Shown in pieces: positions 13,829-25,745 of a stretch of DNA of 64,000 bases (its first letter is position 1; every line of letters starts with the position of its first letter). The DNA lies in contig JAXLNO010004798.1 in the NCBI GenBank assembly GCA_038087875.1, forward strand, positions 1 through 64,000, written 5' to 3'. A model generated the notes under the pieces. The model saw nothing but the letters and a program-made list of their open reading frames with translations. It had not been told where the DNA came from and did no database searches. Origin of the DNA: Malacoraja senta (lineage: Eukaryota). A program made the position numbers and the translations under genes.

Positions 13829-14494
13829 TGTAATTTCGGTCCTAATCTCACCCCGTTAGTCTGGTTCAGTAAAACACTGAGTCAAGCATTGGATCAAAAA
13901 ACTTTATTTTCCGAACACAAACACACAACCTATACGATACCTAACCAACACCGCGGGTCCGATCCTTGTCTCTACTCGTCCAAGCCCTTCAGCCTCGTGC
14001 GGATAGACACCTCCAGATGGTCAGCACGGTCCCAAGTGCTACCCCAGAAGATCGACATACACTCATATGCTCTCCCCTCTTTTATACTGTATCGGACCCT
14101 TGGCGCGAAATACATGGGGGGGGGGCAACCCCTACAAGCCAATCATAAATAAAGATCATACAATACATTAATTGTTTGATGTCATACAATACTTTATCAG
14201 TATATTGATTCATGTGTGTGTATATTTATAGAATGCCTTGTAGTCAATGCCTACTATGTTCTGTTGTGCTGAAGCAAAGCAAGAATTTCATTGTCCTATC
14301 AGGGACACATGACAATAAACTCACTTGACTTGACTTGACTTGACTTGAATTGAGAGTTCCCCAACCCAATGACAGAATATCCCATAACATTGATCCTCAT
14401 GGTCTTTGCAGCCTTTGCAAAAAGATGCCAAGCAGGTTTTGCAAAGGCAGAAATCCTCCATTTTGTCAGGCACTTAAAATGCCCAATATTATCA
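13829..14494 (-). repeat. ERV 3' LTR (carries a ~180-bp LINE-tail insertion and lacks ~300 bp of U3)
   Basis: TG...CA termini; aligns with 22493-23261; TATAAAA (minus) ~14080-14086 and AATAAA (minus) ~13903-13908. Confidence 0.9.
14172..14353 (+). mobile_element. 5'-truncated LINE 3' tail inserted in the 3' LTR
   Basis: Absent from the 5' LTR; ends gacaataaactc followed by (ACTTG)n. Confidence 0.7.
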
Positions 14495-14506
14495 TTCCCC
14501 TCTTTT
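14495..14506 (-). other. Polypurine tract (PPT)
   Basis: AAAAGAGGGGAA on the minus strand, immediately before the TG that opens the 3' LTR. Confidence 0.85.
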
Positions 14507-14789
14507 ATCATTTATGATAACCAATAATACAAAAAGAGATGAAACGGTTCCTGTTCTATAACCTAACATGAAGGTGATTTAATTTGTCAGAACTCTAAGT
14601 AACTTCCCGAGTTTGCATGGGGATAGTTCCATGACTTCTGACTGATGAGTCTTCATCTCCTGAGTTTGCATGGGCATGAATCCTCTTCGTCCATCCTGTT
14701 GGTTGAAAATGTTCTTGACCCTCGATGGGTATGATGTTACCTAAGAGATATATTGATAAAACAAGTTAGCAGTCTGCTCTCCCACTAAT

Positions 14790-17700
14790 ACCCTTGCAGT
14801 GATGAAGATGTACCCATTCGTTTCGCCTACCTTCACTGCTGTTGGAGTTGTTAGGACAACCTGGTAAGGTCCTTCCCAACAAACCGCCAACCCTTTCCTT
14901 ACCCAATTCTTCACTGGTACATAGTCAACAGGCTTCACCTTGATAGAAGAGACCAACAGAGGCAATTCACCATTTGCTGCTCGCACCTCGAATGCAAATC
15001 TCTTAGTGCCCGAGTCAAGGCCAGAATGTAATCGGTCATCTCCGTGGTCATATGATGGAAAATTATAACTTTCATTGCATTTTGGTTCCAAGGGGTTTTC
15101 AAAGGTCTACCATAAATAATTTCAGCTGGGCTCAGTCTAGATTTCCCTGCAGGCGTGACACGCATTTGAAATAAAGCTATGGGGAGTAATTTGATCCACC
15201 CAATTCCTGTCTCCGCCTTCAATTTAGCTAAATTAGTTTTCAGGGTCTGATTTGGCCTTTCTACAAGTCCAGCAGCCTGTGGTCAATAAGCACAGTGTAA
15301 TTGCTGTTGGATACCCAGCTGCTCGCAGAATTCTTTATTAATTTGCCCAATAAAATGAGGACTATTGTCAGAACTATGCCGAATTGGGATACCGAATCTA
15401 GGGATAATTTCTCTCATTAGCACCATGATGACAGTAGCCGCTTTGTTTTCAAGTGTTGGATAGGCCTCGATCCATCTGCTGAATACATTGACAATTACGA
15501 GTACATATCTGTATCCCTGGCATTTCTCTAGCTCAATATAATCCATCTGTAGAGTATCAAAAGGACCCATGGGCAAAGGTGACTTCCCATCTCCACAAAT
15601 TACTCCTTTTCCTGGATTGTACTTCTGACAAATAATGCAGCAGCTACTCACTGTCTGGGCCAAAGTTTGTATTCTTGAATGCCACCAAGTAGCTAAGAGA
15701 GCATTTCCAATTGCTCTTGCACCGCCGTGAGTTGCAAAATGCATACACTCCACAACCCAAACTGCAAGAGGATCTGTCATACAAATCTGCCCTGCCGGTG
15801 TAGTCCACAACTCCGTCATGCAATCTATTGTACATCCAAGCTGTTTCCACAATTTTACATCCCATTCAGAAGCTTCCTCCTGGAACTGAACAATTTCCTG
15901 GATGGTTGGCATTGGCTTTTCCGAGGGAGACTTGTTACCTAAACTTTTAGTCTGCCTCATCATTTTTGGCACCACCACCTTGCGTTCCCGGGATACTTCC
16001 TTTGCTGCCTGGTCAGCACGACGATTATCTATGTCTGTCGGGGTCTGTCCTTTTGTGTGTGCGCTACACTTCATCACTGACATTTGTCTAGGCAGCATCA
16101 GGGCCTTTAATAGATAAGTCACCAATTTCTTATGAGATATGTGTGTTCCTGCCGAGGTTAGGAATCCTATATTCCTCCATAGTTGTCCAAAGTCTTATAC
16201 TACTCCGAATGCATATCTAGAATCTGTATATATGTTCATGCTTAAATGTTTCCCAATAATGCGAGCCCTAATTAAAGCAAATAATTCAGCCTGTTATGCG
16301 GAATAGGGTGACTCAAAAGCAGCTGGTTTTACACTCCTGGTCCACAATCGCGTACCCAGAAAATTTCTCTCCCCGGGGCCCAATGGATGCACCCCCGTCT
16401 ACGTACATTGTTATGTCAGGGTCCTCGATAGGAACGTCTTTTAAATCCTCCCTTACGGATGTTTCTTCTTCAATTATGAACAAACAGTCATGTCCTACCT
16501 CTGACCGTTCCTCTGGATGTGAAATAAGGAAAGATGCCGGATTAATTGTGGTACAGAGTTTAAATTGGAGTTTTGGATTGTTCAATAAGTAAATTTCATA
16601 TTTAGTTTGACGAGCCATTGTCAAATGCTGAGTTTGAATTTGGCCTAACAAGGCTGCCACTGAATGGGAACTGTATACTACTGTCTCCTGTTGTAAGGTC
16701 AGGTTTGCAGCAGACTGTAAACTATTATAAATTGCTGTCAGGATCTGGGTGCATAATGGGTGTCCCCTTGCTACTGGGTCGAGTTTGGATGAATAGTATG
16801 CTACTGGTCTGTGCTTATCCCCATGTTTTTGGGTGAGGACTGCAGTTGAGCACTCAGAAAGAATGGTGCAGTAGAGTTGGAAGGGTCTATCATGGAGTGG
16901 TCTTCCTAGTGCTGGGGCGTGCATTAAGGATCTCTTCAGACTTTCAAAAGTTTCCTGAGCTTCTTTGGACAACTGGAATTCGCCCTCTAGGCTAGTATAA
17001 GGAGTCAATTCTTTGGTGTCTAGTGCAATATTAGGGATCCACGGTCTGCAGTAGTTCACCATACCGAGCCACTGTCTCATTTGCTTTGCCTCTTTAGGAA
17101 TAGGAAATTCGCAGATTGGTTTGAGTCTACTCTTTTCTAAACTTCTTTCTGTAGCCGAAATTATCACTCCTAAAAACTTCACTTTTTGTTGAGACATCAA
17201 TACCTTGGGCTGAGAGACCACATATCCTAAATTTTCCAGATGATTCAATAATTGAGCAGTGTCCTCACGATTACTTTGCTCATCCATACTAGCTACCAAC
17301 AAATCATCCACGTACTGTAATAGTGGATTTTCTTTTAAAATTCAAAGTGCTTAACTGTTCTTCATGACATCGAGAAAACAAGGTAGGCGAATTAATGAAT
17401 GCCTGAGGTAGTCTTGTCCACGTATATTGTTGTCCCCTATAAGTAAAGGCAAATAAATACTGGCTGTTCTTGTGCAGAGGTCACGAGAAGAAGGCATGTT
17501 GTCGGTCTACAATTGAAAAGATTCTTGCTTCTGCTGGGATTAAAGCTAGGATATGAGCCGGGTTTGGCACTAGAGCATGGAGCAGTTCCACCACTACATT
17601 AACTGATCTTAAATCTTGGACCAACCTGTACTGGCCCTCTTTTTCTGGTTTTGGCACTGCAAGGATTGGTGTGTTGCAAATAGACTGGCACTTCACTAAG

Positions 17701-18480
17701 ATGTCTTGTTCCAACAATCCCCGAATTAGATTGTCTATGCTGGGGATGGCCTGTTGTTTTAATGGGTATTGTTGTATTGAAGGCAGTGTCACCCCTTTCT
17801 GGAGAGCTACTTCATTGGGATTAATGCGAACACATCCAACCTGAGTTGCGTCTTCTGCCCACATTTGCGGGTCCACATACTCACATACCTTACTCCCCAG
17901 ATGGTGGCGTAGCTGGGCAACAACTGTCCTCTGGCCTGATAAAACTTAACAGTACATTGATTAGACAAGTCTTGTTGTTCATATACATTCGGATCTGCCA
18001 GATTAATTGCTTTCTTTACCATTGCTCCCAAGTCTTTTGCACTTGCTGGAAAATTCACTTTTCTTGTAATGAGTGGAGCAACCTCTGCAGCTCGTTTCGA
18101 TAGGTCTATGGGTATTTCCGCGTACTCTGCAGTTCCTTCCTTTCCTGTTACCAGTGCCAACATATTTACATTCCAATCTTTGCCTTTTTGTTAAGAGCAG
18201 TTACTTTGCTTCCCTTTTTAGTTTCTCTGTAGCCTCCCAATTGCTCTTGCCATAATCTCTTTTCTTCTGTCTTCGCGATGGGCATTCCCTGCGTTTTCAG
18301 GGGAATATGGGATTGACTGTTAATTTTCCATGATTTGGGGATATTTTTCATTGTCTCTTTTCTTGCACTATTTTCGGTGGTTATTATAATTGTATGTTTT
18401 ATTTTCTTGTCTTGGTACATTTTTTTGATCGGTCCAGGGATCGGGATCAGGCACTTTTGTCCATTGACTGGACAGACTGG
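14790..18480 (-). pseudogene. pol: ERV pol remnant: protease largely missing, 2H-phosphoesterase-like segment, RT, RNase H, integrase
   Basis: ORFs 17481-17876 (QYPL, NTPILAVPK, YRLVQDLR), TWTRLPQAF near 17400, LQYVDDLL at ~17311, RNase H MYVDG, integrase H-H-C-C zinc finger, LQMDYIEL and WEGPYQVVLTTPTAVKV; multiple stops and frameshifts. Confidence 0.9.
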
Positions 18481-18484
18481 CTAA

Positions 18485-20618
18485 TCAGGACCACAAACTA
18501 ATCTGTGAAAATTGATTAGTTTGAGAGAAGGGTGTTTGTCTTCTCTGCCCCTGATTTCTCTGCCAGTTCCCTCTTTGCTCCCTCTGATCTCTTTGATCTC
18601 TGAAATTGATCTCTCTGATCTCTGAAGTCTCTTCGTTGACCCCCTCCTTCATTTCGTCCTTTGATTGGGCACTGCCTACTTCAGTGACCTGACCCACCGC
18701 AAGTGTAACATTGGTCTGGTCCTAGTATTCTATTGCTTCACCGGCTCGGTCTTGGGGAAATTGGTTCTAAAGAAGGCATGTCATCATAATAGTGGTCTGG
18801 ATTCTCTGGTACCCTTGTCCATTCTGTCATTCCATGCCTTGCTCTTGTTTTAGGATTCCACAAATCTAAATCAGACCTTGGCGCCTCCTTTTTTATCACA
18901 TACTCAGTTTTTGCCTTTCTGCCGGCTGACTTTCCTGTTTTTTAATATCCTTCCAGTGATACCTCACTGCATGAGCCATTTGACTAGAGCTATTTTCTGA
19001 CCAGTCCATGTGGTTTGTTTTAATTGCTTCGGCCACATTAGTTGGTAGGCAGTTTAATAATATTGCGCAGTACTGAGTAGAATTTGCCCCATTCCGAAAA
19101 ATTAGATCTCCCGACTGGTCCATATATAATACCGAGAACCTTCCTAAAAACTCATCTGCTCCCTCTCCTTTCTTTGGTCTTACATCCAGAATCCTAGAAA
19201 TATCTATCGGCTTTTGAAGGGTATTAGCAAGGGCAGTTAAAACTGCATCTTCTCTTGCATTATTATCTGCGATCACATTAGCCAGTGCTTCATAAGTTGG
19301 GTGTCCAAAGGTGGTTTAGAATCTGGTATACTCTGCAGGATGTATGATCTGTTGTATTACAGCCCACATATCTCTCGAGTCTGCGTGATACACACGCTTA
19401 GTGGTCCGTCTCGAGTCTGCGTGATACACACGCATAGTGGTCCGGATATAATCCACAAAGGAAGCAAGTGATTTCTTTCTGTCAGGCATTTTACTCAGTA
19501 CTGCCATCATCTCATTAGGTTTCCATGGGATATATACATCAATGGTTCGGGGATTGTTTGCACCCACTGCACTAGCCGGATCAAAGGGTGGGCCAGGCAT
19601 TGACTAACTGGGAATTGACGACGGGATATTTGTTCTGCTTTCATAATATTAGCTATATCTGACTCACTCTCAATGTCCCCTGTTACTGTTTCACCCTCCG
19701 ATATATCCTCCTCAACACTAGCGGGAATACGGTACTTTTTAAATGCACATCTCTGATCTCTAGGTGGTCGTCTTATTCTTCTAGGCTCAGGCTCATAAAA
19801 TGGTTCTGGTGGTCGTACATTATCTTTAGTGAATTCTTTATCCTTAAACGTGGGAGCTATTTTCTTTGTTTTATTCCAAGTACCGTGCGTTACTGGACTA
19901 CCTGCCAGTAGTGGAGCGGTTGGAGTCAAATAACTCTGCACTGGTGCTGCTGTCTGGGAATCAGGTTTTATTATAGGGTCAGCATGAGGTGTGGGAGGTG
20001 CTGAAGGCTCAGGAGGAGGTCTGTGATACAAGGTGCTGGATGTGAACGTGGAGTATAGGGAGCACAAGGGGAATAAGGTGGCGGCTGCAAACTTCTCCTA
20101 ATTCTTACGTTCTCCCAATCTTCTAAATATTTATCATCTCCCCCTTCAAAACCAAAGCCAACCAACGGGTCCCTGAACTTTGAGTCCACAAATTCCCTTC
20201 AAGAGTTTTATTTTTCTCGCGTTCCTTATGTTCTTTAATACATCCCTTCTTCAAGGTATCTAGAGGTTTGTCTCCTTCATCGTCTTTTAACTATTCCAAG
20301 CTTCAAAGTTGTCTCCTGCCAATTCGCACTGATCGCAGCATCTTTTCGTGCTTTTACTTCTTCATAATATTTTCTCCATAGCCCAATAGGTTCCTTCGCT
20401 ACATCACTGTTACTACATTGCCAAATAATCTTCTCTATGTATTTCACTCCCTTCAATGTTCCAACCCCTCCTTCTGGCCACAAATCCAATCCTAATTTCT
20501 TATTTAATGCTCCTGAAAAATACTTCAATCTTTCCGCTTTCTGCGGGAACTCGCTGCATACTAATTGTAGCGGGCTTTCTGGATCTTCCATCGTATCTCG
20601 TTCAATTTGGTTCCCCAT
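18485..20618 (-). pseudogene. gag: ERV gag remnant
   Basis: MGNQ start at 20618; PPPY, PSAP and PTAP motifs; capsid-like YIPWKPNE and ADEFLGRF; CYTCGGSGH*SRQC zinc knuckle at ~18668-18710 containing a stop; frameshifted. Confidence 0.85.
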
Positions 20619-22473
20619 TGTTACCAACAATATCTCAAACGATTCACACTCCATTCGCAACTTCCCAAGACTTAACAAGTTCGCTCCCAAACAATGGCCA
20701 AAAGATCTTCACTGCGCAAACAAGTCTCTCACACAATCAATCTCTCCTTTCAAAACAATCGGTCTCTCGTTTCAACCCGGGTACCCCAAAATTCTTTCAT
20801 GAAATCTCACGCACAAAAATTAACACAAGCTTTCAAAGCTGTAAACAATTTCAAATCTGTAAACAATCTTAAATCGGCAAACGATCTCAGGTGCTTTAAT
20901 CTAAGGTGCAACGGAACGATCAAACACACTTCAGCAGCAAATCTCCTACACTCAAAACACTTCAATCTAAACAAAAACAGATGAGCTCGTAACATTCAAG
21001 CAAAATCATATTTAAACAAGAAATTATACTACTAATAACTATCATGCAAAACACACTGCAATATAAAACACAAGCATTCGACTAATAAAGCATTCGCTAA
21101 CTGTACAGTTCTGAAATATATCGCAATATTTTAAATTACCCAAATCATGCTGGTGTCAATCATGGGTACAGGAGACCTTCCCTTCAAAGTACTTTTTCAC
21201 TTGGCGGTACTACTCCCTTCAAGGTACTTTATCCACTAACAGGTACATATTCCTCTCCTAAGTTATACTTGACGGTACTATTCCCTTCAAGGCACTTCTT
21301 CCACTAACAGGTACTTATTCCTCTTCCGAGTTACTTTTCCACTAACAGGTTACTCGTCCCTGGAACCGAAGGATATGCGCCCTTGATCGCACAGCCACGA
21401 TTCGGACTCCAATTACAACAGTAGTCTTAATCACACTATATTAACATACAGTCACGATTCAAACCACGATTACAACAGTAGTATCTAACACACAAACACT
21501 CTAAATTAACGGCAATACACAATAAATCAATGGCAATATTAAACGGACTTTACACTATAAATCAACGGCAATATTAACCATATATTATTTTTTACAACAA
21601 GTTATAAGCAATCTAATATATACAATTTTATTAATGTACAGTAACCAGTTCCCCCAATATGAAAGTCCTGAATAGATCAATAAAGGATCTCTATAAAATA
21701 ACCAGTCCTTCAATATGAAGCCCTGAATTTGGTAAAATTTTGATTGAAAAATTTTAACTTTTAAACCACCGTAACTATCGTTCCCACTATTCCCACTATT
21801 TCCACTATTCCGAATAATAGACGCGTCTCCCAATTCATTTCTCAGTATTGCTTTAAATATTTTCAGCCAATTATACTCCAACACTGAGTTCCCAGTACTG
21901 TTCCGAAGTTCTCAAACTTGTCCGAAGTTCTTAAACAACACACATAGGCTTCATCACGTCTCTGCTTCGCGCTAGCTTCCTATGCTGATTTTTGAAGTGT
22001 CTTTTCCAATCACACTCTCATCACTGGTACAGTACTTACTCCTCTTAGTGCTTTCCCTATTCAGCCATGTCTATTAAGATACCCCGTACTCCAATTCTCG
22101 TATCCAAGTCTGAGCAGAGCCTCAAACCCCTCAAATATAGTTGTCGGGCCAACCCAATGGTACCCAGCTGCAAAAGCTGTTGATTAACTAAGGTGTGGGG
22201 CCTTTAACCCACAAGAGAAACGCCTTGTGAGCCTAACTCCCACCGTCTTCCCTTAGGCAAGGACTCGAACTCTCACCCTCAGTGCTTGCCAGACTACTAT
22301 TATTTCCGATCTCGTCGGGAATCCAAACACAAGCACGTGAATGATCGATTCTTCCCGATCAGTGAAGCGGGGAAAACCGATGCGAAAACCGCACCGTGGC
22401 GTTGATTTCTCCTCTCGCAATCTGAAATGACTCAACTCCCTGACCACAAATTTATGTTTGGCATTCACTTCAG

Positions 22474-22491
22474 ATCCCGGACGAGCACCCA
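22474..22491 (-). other. Primer-binding site for tRNA-Pro
   Basis: TGGGTGCTCGTCCGGGAT, 17/18 match to the canonical PBS-Pro TGGGGGCTCGTCCGGGAT, 1 nt from the end of the 5' LTR. Confidence 0.9.
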
Positions 22492-22492
22492 A

Positions 22493-23261
22493 TGTGATTC
22501 CAGTCCTAATCTCACCCCGTTAGTCTGGTTCAGTAAAACACTGAGTCAAGCACTGGATCAACTAACTTTATTTTCCGAACACAAACACACTACCTATACG
22601 ATACCTAACCAACACCGCGGGTCGGATCCTTGTCTCTACTTGTCCAAGCCGTTCAGCTGGTCAGCACGGTCCCAAGTGCTACCCCAGAAGTTCGACACAT
22701 TCTCATCTGCTCTCCCATCTTTTATACTATATCGGACCCTTGGTGCGAAATACATGGGGGGCGGGGGGCAACCCCTACAAGCCAATCATAACTAAAGATC
22801 ATACAATACATTAATTTACAGTTCCCTAAACCAATCACAGAATATCCAACAACATTGTTTCTACAGAAAGTTCTTAATGGAAAACTGTTCCCTTAAGTAA
22901 AGAAACATTTTACCAGGTAATGTAAACAATTTGGGCAAGGCTCCTCTCCTTGACCAATCACAAATAGCAGTGCAGAGACCATACAACATAGTTAAAAATA
23001 GTATTCTAACCCATCATTTCCCAACCAATTCTGATCATGCATTTGCAGCAGGACCCAGCTCCTTCTGCAAAACCCTCATACATATTATCAATTAAAGGAC
23101 ATCTGGACATCACCCTGTACTCAACTTCCTCCCAAGCCACAGACATTCTGGAGCCATGATCCTTGTGATCTTTGCAGCCTTTGCAAAAAAGATGCCAAGC
23201 AGGTTTTGCAAAGGCAGATATCCTCCATTTTGTCAGGCACTTAAAATGCCCAATACTATCC
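22493..23261 (-). repeat. ERV 5' LTR
   Basis: Direct repeat of 13829-14494; PBS-Pro on one side and (C)ATAT TSD on the other. Confidence 0.9.
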
Positions 23262-25587
23262 ATATCTTCAGCAAATGGTATCGTGTTGACAGATCACACA
23301 AGTCTCTGTCGTGCATCCATCGTGTGAGCATAGTTTTTGCTATTGTGTTTCCCATTGAGACCACAAAGATAAAGGCCTGGAGTGTAATTTGCCCAGGGCA
23401 GCACGTGCGTCAATGGCGTTGCCATTCGAGCTTCGGATCAGTATCCATGCAGTTACATGTATATTAGGGTATGCGCCAATATCTGAAGAGATATTAATCA
23501 GGAACTCACTCCCTTCATCAATCTGAAGAAGGGCCCCGACCCAAAACGTCGTCTGTCCATTTGCCTCCCCCTTTCCCGCTTCACCCGCTGAGTTGCTCCA
23601 TCGGTTTGTTTTCACTCCCTGTAAAAGTCTGTCCGATACGCGGCATGTGATTTACCTCGCTCGAGATGTTCGTGGACTTCGCACTTTTCGCGTAGTCTTC
23701 AGTTTCAGGGGGGTTTCACACCTTATTCAGACTATTTACCTTTAACAAGGACCATTTCAACTACAATCAGTTAAGTACAGCAGCGCAAACCTGCGTAGCT
23801 TGTATAAAATATGTCGTCAAATTTTCTCTCCCCAGAAAAAGACACGTTGTTTTTAAATAACGAACTACTTACTCCTGAATCGACGGGAATATTTCTGAAA
23901 CGGTTAGTTTATTTTTCTCGTGGAGTGACAAACCAAGCATAAGGTACACTGCGGCCTTTCTGACACTAACCTGCGTCCGTCTGTGATCATTAAGGGGGGT
24001 GGTTTGATATCCAGCAGCATTTCACTCTTTTAACGTTTTCAGACACATTCATCAAACGTTAAGCCCCAGGAATGACATTTTTGCTTGTGTGTTTGCGTAA
24101 TGAAAATCAATTGGAGCCTTATGAATACTTCGCAATTATTGGCGCCTGGAAGTTTATTTTTCCAGGCAAATAGCAATAAAACAACGGCCTGATATACAAT
24201 TTGTACTGATATATCTGTGCACCGATCACTGACCTTCAGTAATTGAACATGAAACTACGGTTGGAAAAGTAGCAAAATGTTGTCAATATTATCCTGTTTA
24301 AACAAGAGTAAGACATGAAAATTCGTACGTAATACTCTTTTGGAACTGGACGCGTGTATATCATAGAAATATTCCAAATTTGACTGCCGGTTACGGAATA
24401 TGTTAAACCGATTGAAGGATATGGCAGATGAATATGTGGCTGAAGAGTTAGCGGAGGAGGCAAGGATTCGGATATTTGGTGCTTAGGATCTCATCCGGGA
24501 CAGAGACGACATGCACAGGAGGGACGGAATGCACTTGATATGGTCGGAGACTAATGTCTTGGCTTGCAAGTTTGGAAATAATACTCAGGAGGGTTAAAAC
24601 TAGATTGACACGGGAGAGTGGGGTGCTATCCTTTGTGTAGTGAGGCAGCTTGGACGTCGGATGTCGTTACAGCAGTCAATTACAGCAGGTTCAGTAGACA
24701 GGATAGTTTTCAGTACAACAGGGGACCAGGAATGTCTGTTGAAGTAAATTGCCAATATTAGCAGGGACCACTCGCACCCCATCCATTCTCTCTTCTTCCC
24801 TCACCCGTTGATGGGTATCACAAAGGCTTGAGAGTGCATGTCACCAGAATAAAGAGCAGTGTTTTTTCTCTCGATATTATCGTGTTCTTGAAGGCTCAGA
24901 AGTTCTGCATTTATCCCCGAACTACCTCGTGCGCACTGGCACTTTATCTGCATTTTCTCTATGGCTGTAACACGACATTCTTCTCCTATTTTCTTTTGCC
25001 CCACCTGTTATACTCGTGTATAGTATGACACTACGCTCAAAAAGCTTTTTCGCTATATTTCGCTATACTTAACAAAAATAAACCACTACAATATGAGTAC
25101 CAAAATATGTTGTGTTGATTTGTATTAAAAACTCAAAAAGTTGAAGGTATACAGTAGGCCAGTTTGTTGTTGTGAAGGGGAGAATCGAGATTCTGTTTCA
25201 GTCCAATCCTGTATATGTGCTTTTATTTCAATTTCTCAAATCTGTGGTATTTCCCTTTTCAATGTTTCTTGCTGCGACGTCACCTACCTTAAAATGCATG
25301 ACTTTATGTATATAGCGTATCAAATTTATCTGTACTATTTCATCACGGTCCATCAGTATTGTCGCCAACATGTATCAACCACGAGCATTTAATTACGACA
25401 CCTCTCACTTGAAGGGGGCATACAAACCATGTCAATTGCACGTTAAGGTAATAGGGTCACTTCACTTGCAAGATGTATAGAATTATCTCATTAACAGTCG
25501 TGGAAAAGAAATCGTCTTCATTGCACCAACAGTTGTCAGTGTCGTGCAAAATTGCGCAATCAACGTTGGACAGAAAGTTGCTTTGAG

Positions 25588-25745
25588 ATAGACACAAAAT
25601 GCTTGAGTAACTCAGGGGGTCAGGCAGCATCTCTGGAGAAAATGGGCCCTCCATTTTCAATTTTTTTTCGAGAGACGCTGCCTGATCTGCTGAGTTACTC
25701 CAATATTCTGTGTCCATGTTTGGTATAAATCAGCATCCGCAGTTG
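25588..25745. repeat. Penelope-like terminal repeat in inverted (tail-to-tail) arrangement
   Basis: ~47-bp imperfect inverted repeat of the dispersed gatgctgcctgacccgctgagttactccagcattttgtgtcta motif, also seen at ~5100, 7540, 23520, 32060, 33700 and 60010. Confidence 0.6.

Larger units (their letters stand above)
13829..23261 (-). mobile_element. Endogenous retrovirus, class I (epsilon/gamma-like), env-less, defective provirus
   Basis: Two homologous LTRs (13829-14494 and 22493-23261), PBS-Pro, PPT, ATAT/CATAT target-site duplication, and gag and pol remnants (QYVDDLL RT, RNase H, integrase with WEGPY). Confidence 0.93.

Noticed and set aside
13889-14152. Duplicated short ORF (also 22427-22795) that looks like a paralogous gene pair
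   Set aside because: Both lie within the two LTR copies; the similarity reflects LTR duplication.
21170-21930. Repeat-spacer-like pattern reminiscent of a CRISPR array
   Set aside because: Eukaryotic ERV leader with irregular, degenerate tandem duplications; no constant repeat/spacer length and no cas genes.
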